Assembly (NCBI GenBank): GCA_002269645.1
Contig: NIVC01003618.1
Location: 23,278-87,277 of the forward strand
DNA length: 64,000 bases
DNA from: Macrostomum lignano
Taxonomy: Eukaryota
Reading direction: 5' to 3'
Program-made: the position numbers and the translations under genes
In this document: positions 42,058-52,307 of the stretch, one piece after another
How positions within the stretch are numbered: the stretch's first letter is position 1
How the letters are laid out: each line of letters begins with the position of its first letter
The notes under the pieces: generated by a model
Seen by the model: the letters and a program-made list of their open reading frames with translations, nothing else
Databases searched by the model: none
What the model was told of the DNA's origin: nothing

Positions 42058-44662
42058 TCACAATATACTAAATCTCTAAGATCTGTCTTCACAATATACT
42101 AAATCTCTAAGATCTGTCTTCACAATATACTAAATCTCTAAGATCTGTCTTCACATCTAAATATACTAAATCTCTAATATTTGTATGCTTGCTTGCTTGT
42201 CCATAACGCTCTAGAGATTGCAATTCTTCACCGATTTTGATCGCGTTTTCGCCAAAATCACAATATACTAAATCTCTAAGATCTGTCTTCATCATCACAA
42301 TATACTAAATCTCTAAGGTTTGACCGGTATTCCAGTCTACAGCCTGAATGCCTGAACCGATTTTTTTCAAACTTGCTTTATTCGACTCAAAATTCTTGTG
42401 AGATTGTGTGGGTGTAATTGCATTGAAAAATTCGAATGAGAAGTTGGTTAAATATTCGAAAAACGAGTTTTTTTAATGCTTTTAATGGGAGGCTAGAAAA
42501 GGTCAAAATCTCACTGACTGAATTTCAATTCCAATTAAGATTGCGCCACAACTTTTCTCTGTTCACTGTGTACGCCTCAATACTGGCTGCAATAAGGGAG
42601 AGGAAAATATGCTCAGTGGCTGCGTGTGTACATTCTGACCCTGGCTGACTGGCGGACTGCATAGACAATTGCTATTAATAGATTTCACTCAACTGTGCAT
42701 TGGCTCTGCCTGCATACAACCTGTGCACACTGAGCAGCCTATCACTGCTACGTATTTGACTGCAGTGCCGAAGCATATATGGCTGATTTTTGCGCCCTCC
42801 GATCAGTAGGCGGAATAGCCGCAGTTTAGATACTAGGACTAGGTTTAGGCTAGGCATAAGGTCCAAGGTTCGAGTCCGCCTCCCCAGCGGCTAATTAAAA
42901 TTAAATAAATTCATTCATTAGTAGCTTCTGCCTCGACTATTTTGAACATTTTTGATTAATTTTAAAATTTTTTTATTAATTACAATAATTTATTTTTGCT
43001 ACTCGCACAAGCCACTAAGCAAATTTGATTTGATTTGTAAAATCCTAAGATCCCATTAATTGTTATTATCTAGGTCTATAGAAGTAGATTTTTAGTATAT
43101 AGGACTAAACTGCAGGGGATTAAATTACTAAACTGCAGACGATGCTGCTAAACTGCTGAGGTATTGCTAAATGCTGAGTGGTGCAAAAGATTGCCGATAT
43201 GTATCGAAAATCGATTAGTGAGCCATAAAATGCTGAGCTTATTTCAACATTGTTGAAAGCATCATTGCAGTAGACGATGCTGCTAAACTGCTGAGGTATT
43301 GCTAAATGCTGAGTTGCGCAAGACTGCCAATATGTATCGAAAATTGATTAGTGCGCCGTCGTAAATGCTGAGCAAATTTTTAAATCATTGAAAAGATCAT
43401 TGCAGTTTGCTGAGAATACTATGGGGCCAGCTGAGAGAACTGCAGACTGCTGAAGGGATAAATGAGAATTATTAAGGAAACACTTGCTGACTGCAAATGA
43501 ATTGACTGCAGACTACTGAGGGGAACTGCAGATTGTTGAAGGGATCATTGCAGACTGCAAAGGGGACAAACTGCAAACTGCTGACGTTAGTTAGTTTCTC
43601 GAGACTTATGAGCGTATAAGCTGCAAACTGCCGAGGGGATAGCTGCAGACTGCTAGGATAATAATGGCAGACTTCTGAGGAGGATATCTAACTGTGAATA
43701 ATTGTAGCTTGCAGAAGGGACAATTCTGGGTCCTTGAGGGATAAATGAATAATAATAATAAAAGTTGTAGAGTGCAAATGAGTTGCGTGACTGCATGTCT
43801 GTTTTGCGGACTTAGAAGGGATAATTTCAGGTTGTTGTGGGGATAACTGCCAATTTCTGGGGAGGGTTTAACTTTAAACTTCTGAGGCGATAATAGTAGT
43901 CGCCTTTTAGCAGTTTGGGAGTGGTGCTAATCTGGGGAGCGGTGCTAATCTAAGGGAGTGGGGCTAATATAAAGGAGTGGGGGGGGCTAATCTGGAGGAA
44001 GTAGCGGTGCGAATTTTTGTGGAGTGGTGCTAATCTGGGAAGGTGAAACTATCTGGGAAGCGGCGGTAATCTGTGGAGCGGTGCTAATCTGGACTGAGTG
44101 CTAATCTGGGCTGAGTGCTAATCTGGGCTGAGTGCTAATCTGGACTGAGTACTAATCTAGGCTGAGTGCTAATCTGGGCTGAGTGCTAATCTGGGCTGAG
44201 TGCTAATCTGGGCTGAGTGCTAATCTGGGCTGAGTGCTAATCTAGGCTGAGTGCTAATCTGGGCTGAGTGCTAATCTGGGCGCAGTGCTAATCTGGGCGT
44301 AGTGCTAATCTGGGGGAAGTGGGGCTAATCTGGGGGTGTGCGGCTAATATGGGGGGAGTAGTGCTAATCTGGGGGAAGTGGGGCTAATGTGGGAGAATAT
44401 TGCTAATCTGGTGAGAATTTGAAAACAACGAATAATCATTAAAAGAACTATAAATGAATTGACATTGCAAAGTTTCAAACATTAAGAAATGTAACTTTTT
44501 AGAACTTTTTAGTCTCAGTAAAATTGGTGTACAACTGCTTAGAGATTTGCTACTGCAGAACTGCTCGGAGATTAGTGAGATTTGCTCAGCGACTGTGCAA
44601 AACTGCTTATAGACAAGCGCTCAACTGCTAAGAAGCCACGCGGAGGGGGGCTAAATGGCTAG
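42058..44662 (+). mobile_element. Non-autonomous Helitron-like element H2
   Basis: Starts TCACAATATACTAAATCTCTAAG directly after the H1 CTAG; has CTGAACCGATTTT at ~42353; ends AGCC..GGCT..GGCTAG (CTAG 44659-44662). Confidence 0.6.
44085..44310. repeat. 17-bp minisatellite (GGGCTGAGTGCTAATCT) inside H2
   Basis: Seen directly. Confidence 0.9.
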
Positions 44663-47325
44663 TCCAATATACTAAAAATCAAAACCTATAGGAATCTTCG
44701 TTTAACTTGGCTCTACATGGTCGGAATTTCGTGGGGTTTTCTGCATTCGATGCGTATTGATGGCGCGCTGGTACACGAAATTTTGCTAAGAAATTGCTTC
44801 ATTTTTTCGGGATTAAATATTCGAAAAACTCGATTTTGCTCCGTTTTTTAAAGTTCAAACAGTTCTTTCCAATTGAGAAGCATTCTGACTGCCGATGGAA
44901 TTCTATTGCATCATAACTCAGTTCTCTACACTCGCGTGGAGAGCTACAAGGGTTGAAAGGTTGCGCAACACCTTTTAGTTATTGAAAGTGAGGGGCGGGT
45001 GTCGCTATTCAATTTGTCCTGGGCATTTCCTTGGTTGTTAATTTCAATGCATCAACTTGCAGGCCTCTCACTGTAGCTGGCGTTGAATGTACACCTTATG
45101 AATTTGAATGCTTTAAAGCAGGAATGTTTAATCGTTGTTTGTGCTTCGAGTTGTTCACTTTCAGAAGAGAGCCTTGTATTGCTGGAAAGAGCTAGAAACG
45201 CTGAGTTCGAGAGTATAATTTGTTTGCTGAAATTCGAAAAATTTAAAGCACAGCATTGAAAAGAAGATTTCTATGCTTTTCACTTTATATAGTCATTGTA
45301 CACTCTCCCATATCGCAAACCCCTACTCCACGATTCAAGCCAGCGCCATTTGATTTAGATTTAGATTGCGTAACCATTTTGTTGACTTTAATTGTTGACT
45401 TTAATAATTGAAACTGATATTGACTGCTGCCTGAGAAATTGATTGCTTCGAGTGATTTCTATCCTATGCTTGGAGTTTTCAGTGTTGAATTATATTATAA
45501 GTGCCAAAATTCATGTCATCAAAGCGATGAGAGCTAGCCTAGAGGTGAACAGACTGAACTGCTAATGCAGGGACGTGGGTTTGAATTTTTAGAGTGTAAA
45601 AGTTTTTTATTAAAAATTTTAATTTCAAGACAGTTAAAGGAAACTTAAAAAACGTCAGGTAAATTAGGTAAAAGAGAAGAAGCTACGAGCGTTCATGTAG
45701 TATATTCAATTTTTTTTATTAAACTTTTAATTTTGAAAAGGATTATTGCACTAGATAAGGCATTAATTATTGTACTAGCTGAGGAAATTGTTTTACTATC
45801 TCGCTTGGGGTACTTTCTATCAGGGGATGCTTGCTATCGGAAGGACGCTTGCTCTTAGGGGAGGGATGCTTGATCGGGGAGATTGCTAAGATGTCAAAAC
45901 ATACTGAGGAATTATTCAGATATGCAGGCTTACTGGGGGAATTACTGAGATGTCAAGGCTTAAGAGGAAATTGCTGAGATTTCAAGGCGTGGGGGGAATT
46001 TCTGAGATGCCAAGGCTTTGGACGGGGAGAAATTGCTAAGATGCGAAGACTTACTGAGGGAATCACTGAGATGTAAAGGCTTATAGGGGGAATTGCTGAG
46101 ATGTTAAGGCTTGGGGGGGAATTTCTGAGATATAAAGGCTTAAGGGGGGAACTGCTGGCGTGGGGGAATTTCTAAAATATCAAGTCTTAGGGGAGGGGAA
46201 TTGCTGAGATTTCAAAGCTTAAGAGGGAACTGCTGAGATAGCAAGGCTTTGCACGGGGAGAAATTGGTAAGATGTCAAAACTTACTGGGAGAATCACTGA
46301 GATACAAAGGCTTACTTGGAGGACTGCTGAGATGTCAAGTCTTAGGGGTAAACTGCTGAGATGTCAAGTCTTAGGGGTAAACTGCTGAGATGTCAAGTCT
46401 TAGGGGTAAACTGCTGAGATGTCAAGTCTTAGGGGTAAACTGCTGAGATGTCAAGTCTTAGGGGTAAACTGCTGAGATGTCTAATCTTGTCGCCGTCGGG
46501 GAATTGCTGAGATTCCAAGGCTTAAGAGGGACTTGCTCAAATGTCAAAGCTTGGGGGGAATCAAGGCTCAAGAGGGAGTTCCTGAGATGTCAACTTTTGG
46601 GAAGGAGAATTACTCAGATGTCAAGGCTTGGGGGATTGCTGAGATGTGAAGGCTTAAGAAGGAATTGCTGAGGTGTCAAGTCTTGCGAGGGAAATCGCTG
46701 AGATGCCAAGGCTTTGGACGGGGAGAAATTGCTAAGATGTCAAGACTTACTGGAAGAATTACTGAGATATGAAAGCTTACTGGGGGAATTACTGATATGT
46801 CAAGGCTTGGGGAGGGGAATTACTGAGAAGTCAAGGCTTTGGACGGGGAGAAATTGGTAAGATGTCAAGGCTTGCGCCGGAATTGCTGAGATGTCAATGC
46901 TTGGGGGAAAGTTCTGAGGTGTCGAGGCTTGGGGGAATGGCTGAGATGTTAAGTCTTGGGGGCAATTCTATGGATTGATGATTCTTTGGATGAAGGATGC
47001 TTTTAATGTATATCTTTGATTCATTGAGGAATTCCTTCGATGGGGCATTGTTTCGATGGAGGATTTTTTGAATCGGGGATTCTTTAGATAAAGGATTCTT
47101 TTGATGGGGGATATTTGGACGGGGCCAAGAATTCTATTGGTTCAAATGGAGCAATTCGAGATCGAAAACTGCGCAGGAGGAAACGAAGTGCCGCTCCAGT
47201 TTGAAATGAGCGTCTATTTATACCAATTAGCATTTTTGACCTCCCCCGCCGCCGGTGGGGTGTCTTCGCGTTGTTAGCAACGGCGGGGGTTTTGAGCAAT
47301 AACAATCTGGGACACAGTCCCCTAG
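44663..47325 (+). mobile_element. Non-autonomous Helitron-like element H3 (paralogue of H1)
   Basis: Starts TCCAATATACTAAAAATC after the H2 CTAG; 44687-45890 aligns by eye with 37343-38590; same satellites follow; candidate end is hairpin GGGAC-ACA-GTCCC then CTAG (47322-47325). Confidence 0.6.
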
Positions 47326-48265
47326 TTGTACATGAATTTAGTTAGTTCTTAGTTAGTTACTTAGTTAGTTCGCAAATCTATGTGTTGAGTTGGATAAACT
47401 TTGGGATAGAAAGATTAAAGAAAAAGTGCTTAGTTTCCCGTCTCTAAACTCTGTCCATTGATGATTGAACAGTCCTCTGTTTCTCTCGGTTGTCAGGCAG
47501 CTAGGGGTTGATCTCGCCCTCTTGGGCCACTTCAGTTGGATAGGAGTCTGTAGGTGGGCCTCACGTTTTCTCCCTCAGGGTGCGCCAGAAGATGCCGCGT
47601 GCCGCGTTGTTCTTTAAGCTGGGCCACTTCTCTCAGCCGGTTTAATCGGCATGGTTCCTGCGGCGGGGTGTCGTGGCTGACTGGAATGGAAAGGGGCTTT
47701 ATTAGATTCGGCTATTCAAATTGATTGACAGCTGGTTAATTATCTTAAAGATGCTTCTGTTTGCCCTTCTAATAGCTATCTAGGGGTTCCATTTTGCTCT
47801 TCTGCCTCGCCCTTCACTGCGCCTGGGCTTTTCATAAATTGCTACCTATCTTAATAACTTAGGGTCAAAACTTCAGATTTCTAACTCCTATAGCCAGCCT
47901 TCCTATTTGTCAGTAGCTATACTTACTTATTTGCCTTCTCATTAATCAAACGTATTGAAAAATACTTTTGACAATATTACCCTTGATTTCCAGCCAGTTT
48001 GCGATTCGTGAGCCTATTACATGTACCTTAGCTTATTCTTACTGATCAAATACAATAAATGCTTTAGTTTTATGCATACTACGGCAGTGTTACAAAGCAT
48101 ACATGGAATACTGTAAAAATTAACGTATATTCGCTCGAACAATCATGCATGATTCGAGGTTAAAAAAAGTGTTCCTTTTTTATCCATCGCATATCAAGAC
48201 TAAGGACTACTAGACTATACTAATAACGAAGTGTTCCTAGTGGTCCTTGATCAAGTCAGATTGGT

Positions 48266-48621
48266 TCAATAATTGTCTTTTGATATATCCCCGAACTCAG
48301 ACGGGAGTGCTTCAGACCGGACTCCCTGTTCAGGAAGAGTAGCCGCAAGCTGTCCGCAGTCGATTTCTTTAACTTCTTTTTGAATATTTACCCTCCTGGA
48401 TTGAGCATTGAGCATATTGAGCATTGAGCAGAATTTGGGTTTCGGTAGCACGGAGGCGGCGGTTGAAAACCACGTTTTGGATTGCTGCAATAAGTAGAGA
48501 TGCAGGCCATTATTGCTCGATCAGTTGAAAGATTTTGCAAAACAAAAGTCTAGTGACTGCTTACCTTTTCATACAGTAGATAGAGATCGACTAACTCCTT
48601 CCTCAATTGCGAATTGTCCAT
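48266..48621 (-). CDS. Possible 2-exon ORF of unknown function (48621-48565, 48484-48266), 91 aa
   Basis: Strong donor GAAAAG|GTAAGC and acceptor CTTATTGCAG| define an 80-nt phase-0 intron joining MDNSQLRKELVDLYLLYEK to QSKTWFSTAAS..; no recognised domain. Confidence 0.3.
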
Positions 48622-49477
48622 AGTTTAGCAGGAATTCAGTTAATCCTGTTTATGAGAGCAGAAAATTTTGGAGTTTTGGTCTGCTTCTGGCCATGGACTC
48701 CATAGTAGGCCTTAGGGGGACATGACAACGCATTTTGGGGCTTCTTGACAATTGGAGGCCACGATCTCTCGAAATAGGAAAAATAGGAGGGGGCGCTTCA
48801 TTATAAGACCTAAATTTTACAACGCCTAAAGCACATGACTTCACATTGCCTAAATTTCATATCGCCAAATTTTACAACACCTAAAACTGAATATGAAGGA
48901 GAGAAACAGTGATTTTAGGCATTGTGAAACAGTGGCACAGCCAGAAATATTTTTCGGTTTTTCTCCGGAATTTTGAGGGGGGGGGTAAATTTCGGGGGGA
49001 TTTGCAAGCATCGTCAACAAATGCTCTGCAGTCGGCAGAAAAGTGGATACACAAGTTCTGCAACTTCTGAAACTGTTACATTCCGTTCTTTTCACTAAAC
49101 GACCCAATTTGCTAGAAAAGTTGAAGAAATCGATTTCTAATCAAAACTTGGAGCCAACGAAGTACATTGAAACGTCTCAGGACTGGCCTTGGGCATCCGG
49201 CGCAAGAGGGACAGCAGCACGCTTAAAAAGCGACATCAGAGCCCCGATGCTGTGCCTATACAATTCTTCCAGTGATGCACCAAACCAAAGTGTCTGTCAA
49301 CGCCTCGACCACCGGCGCAAAGCACGTGTTCGACTCGACTTGAACAAGATGCGTCTTCAGAGTGAGATGGACGATTTTTGTTGAAGACTCAATCCGTGGA
49401 GATTTAGGAGTTGCTCGATCCAGAGGATTTCTGGATTTCACACCAGCATCAGCGACGGTCAGTTGTGTATCTACGGG

Positions 49478-49872
49478 CACCAAACCTACAGTGAGAGGGG
49501 CGCCAAACCTACAGTGAGAGGGGCACCAAACCTACAGTGAGAGGGGCGCCAAACCTACAGTGAGAGGGGCGCCAAACCTACAGTGAGAGGGGCGCCAAAC
49601 CTACAGTGAGAGGGGCGCCAAACCTACAGTGAGAGGGGCGCCAAACCTACAGTGAGAGGGGCGCCAAACCTACAGTGAGAGGGGCGCCAAACCTACAGTG
49701 AGAGGGGCGCCAAACCTACAGTGAGAGGGGCGCCAAACCTACAGTGAGAGGGGCGCCAAACCTACAGTGAGAGGGGCGCCAAACCTACAGTGAGAGGGGC
49801 ACCAAACCTACAGTGAGAGGGGCGCCAAACCTACAGTTAGAGGGGCGCCAAACCTGCAGTGAGAGGGGCGCG
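49478..49872. repeat. 23-bp minisatellite (AAACCTACAGTGAGAGGGGCGCC)
   Basis: About 17 units. Confidence 0.97.
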
Positions 49873-50155
49873 ATGGTGTCCCAAAAGTAGTGTCATTTTT
49901 GCTTGCCTCCACGATATTAATGTGTGTTTAAAAAATCATATGCCTTAAAAGTTAGCGGCTTATTTTAGCTTTCATACAACGAAAGTCCAATCTTTATAAG
50001 TGCTTCCTGCTGTAAGCAGCATGCATTTGTTCACATACCCTTGGCCATAGAAATACATACCGTATTGTGCTCTACGCTCATTCAGAAGAAAGCCACAAGT
50101 AGAGCTGATGAGAGCTGAGAGTTGCAGGACAGCAGCTGCAAGATTTGTTCCTGTC

Positions 50156-50385
50156 ATGGACCCTAACATTCACTCTACAGAAGGGCGGAGACACGCAATT
50201 TTTACACTCTGCAGTCTTGGTCAGAAATGCCCTAAAATTCACGAAAACCTGACCCTCACTCACGGTCCCGATGCCATCAGTCGACGAACGGTTTACAGGT
50301 GGGTCGAACAGTTTGAGTCTGGCCGGCAGTGTGTTGTCAACTTACCCAAAGGTGGTTGGCCTTTAACATCTTCCGCGCGTACATT
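50156..50385 (+). mobile_element. Truncated mariner-type transposase N-terminal HTH
   Basis: RHAIFTLCSLGQKCPKIHENLTLTHGPDAISRRTVYRWVEQFESGRQCVVNLPKGGWP fits the mariner pattern I..L...G..A.S..TV.RW...F..GR..L.D.P.SGRP; no DD34D domain follows. Confidence 0.7.
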
Positions 50386-50518
50386 CTGGGTGTGAAGCCA
50401 GTCTGCCGGATCGCCTGTTCCGACTCCGAGTCTATCGCTATCAACGGCTCCCCGCTGTCAAAGGACAACGTGACCGATTTTGCTGGTGACGAAGGCACGA
50501 TTTCTACTGTACTATTAG

Positions 50519-51042
50519 TTGGAAAGCACTGATCTGTCTGAGTCGCCCAAGCAGGCTAACGACTTGCTCGACCTGGCAGAGAACAATATCTTCTCTGATA
50601 AGGCACACCGTGGTCTGCGTTATTTACAAGAGTTCATGAAGAACCTATCCGAGAAGGCTAAGCTAAGCAAGCCTTATACCAACCACTGCATTAGGTGAGT
50701 ATATTTGTGTTACGAAGTAAAAGTAAAAGCATAATTGTTTGTTCACCTTTCTGAACAAGATACCATTGCATTTTTAGAGTCACGCGCATTTGCGACTTGG
50801 AAAGCGAAGGGCATGCTGTCCACGACATCATGCTTGTGACGGGTCACAAGTCGGAGGCGACCGTTCGGCGATATCTGCATAAGAGGCGTGATCGAAGTTT
50901 GTACAAGTCCTCTGTGAACGTGCATACCGCCATGAATAAGTCTTTGGATTGTATGGATCGTGCTGAGGCTGCGCCATCCATTAGTGGAGATGAGGAGTTT
51001 CATCGGGTCCAAGGCCCACCAGAGAAAAAATGCGAATCCTAA
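50519..51042 (+). mobile_element. Crypton-like (DUF3504-type) tyrosine recombinase, C-terminal part, with an 83-nt intron (50695-50777)
   Basis: Spliced peptide FMKNLSEKAKLSKPYTNHCIR|VTRICDLESEGHAVHDIMLVTGHKSEATVRRYL retains catalytic HxxR, (TG)H and Y; phase-2 intron AG|GTGAGT..TTTTTAG|A; upstream part is broken or unresolved (TAG at 50516). Confidence 0.75.
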
Positions 51043-51664
51043 TGAACGGCAATTCGAACATCATTGATTTCTTTTTTGAATAGCTTTAATGACTGCATTG
51101 ACTGAAAGTTAACTTTTGTTGGTGTTCATTTGAGGCATTCATCACATAGGTTTCGTCTATGTTCGTTCTTGTTACTTCTTTCGAATAAATTGAACATTCG
51201 TCTAGGTTCAATGCCGAATGGCAAGCAAACAATGAATTGTAACGCATAAAAACTACAAATAATGATATTCAAATTGCTAGACAATGACAAAAAGAAACTA
51301 TGCAAGCCACAACAGCTCTGCCACAGCTTTGCTATCCTCCTTTGTCAACCCCGGGGTTAGGGAAACAGACACTAGCTGCTGCTACTAATGCTTGAGAGCA
51401 ATAGTCTATGGTCTGCGCCCCGGGTTCTCGCGCTGCGGCCCATCTAGGAGGCATATAGAATCTGTTCTAAATATAGAAAAAACAGACCGTTAATGAACGC
51501 TTTATTCTGTGACTGTAGACAGCAACACTGGTCTTTGGCCATAGACATCCTCAGCTGGCTGGCTGCCGAGCGCTACCACTTTTGTTTGCAGCGATGCAGT
51601 CGCCTACTTTCGTGACTGTCTTCCTACGCACACACAAATTATTTTTCTTCTCTGCAGAGCCCTG

Positions 51665-52191
51665 GGGGGTGTTTCTCGAAACTCACGTAAGTTCTATGGT
51701 AAGTTAGATGGTAAGAAAGAAATTTACGTGTAGCGTAAGTTTGCTCGTAAGACGCTTTCTCAAAACTCACTTAGACTTTGCGTGGCTTACGCTGTTCGTA
51801 AGTCGTATCTGAAACGAAAAGTTGCATGTCTATGGTCATAAATCTGCAAATATCTTTACTTAGTCTATCGTAAGTTGCTTTCGAGAAAGATCCACCTTCG
51901 ATAAAGTTTAACATGACTTGGCTTGACTAAAGCTTCACGTACTATGCGATTAGTGCTTAAGTGCGTCTTACGACAGATACCGAGCAGTCGTAGGGTTAAG
52001 ATCAACCTTACGAAAGACCATTAGACATACGAACGTTTCGAGAAACAGTCTTTTGCGCAAAGTTACGAACTCGTAAAGTTGCGATCAATCTTACGCATAG
52101 CTAACTTGCGAGCCCTTCGAGCAACCCGTAAGTGTAGCTTACCCAACTTACGTCTATGGTCGATCGTAAGTTGCTTTCGAGAAAGACCCCT
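51665..52191. mobile_element. PIF/Harbinger-like MITE, 527 bp
   Basis: Termini GGGGGTGTTTCTCGAAA / TTTCGAGAAAGACCCCT; 3-bp TSD CTG (51662-51664, 52192-52194); internal TIR-like copies at ~51750, ~51880 and ~52035. Confidence 0.8.
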
Positions 52192-52307
52192 CTGATCATC
52201 AATTCTTTCGCTCCTCTCCTCAGCCATTTGCACCCCTAGAATGTCATAAGCTGAAGAGAACGCATTCAGAGTCAAAGACAAATACAATAGCCAACAGAGC
52301 AGCTAAT

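Noticed and set aside
42855-42890. tRNA gene (GGTTCGAGTCC)
   Set aside because: Only a B-box/T-loop motif is present; I could not build an acceptor stem, D-arm or anticodon arm.
37290-47130. LTR retrotransposon with 37.3k and 44.7k copies as LTRs
   Set aside because: No TG..CA ends, PBS, PPT, TSD or gag/pol between the copies; the termini fit Helitrons better.
49043-49384. 113-aa ORF as the Crypton N-terminus
   Set aside because: No recombinase box-I motif is recognisable in any frame, so it is left unassigned.
52063-52287. Minus-strand gene MAEERSERIDDQ interrupted by the MITE
   Set aside because: Removing the MITE in silico gives only a 48-aa ORF with no recognisable features.
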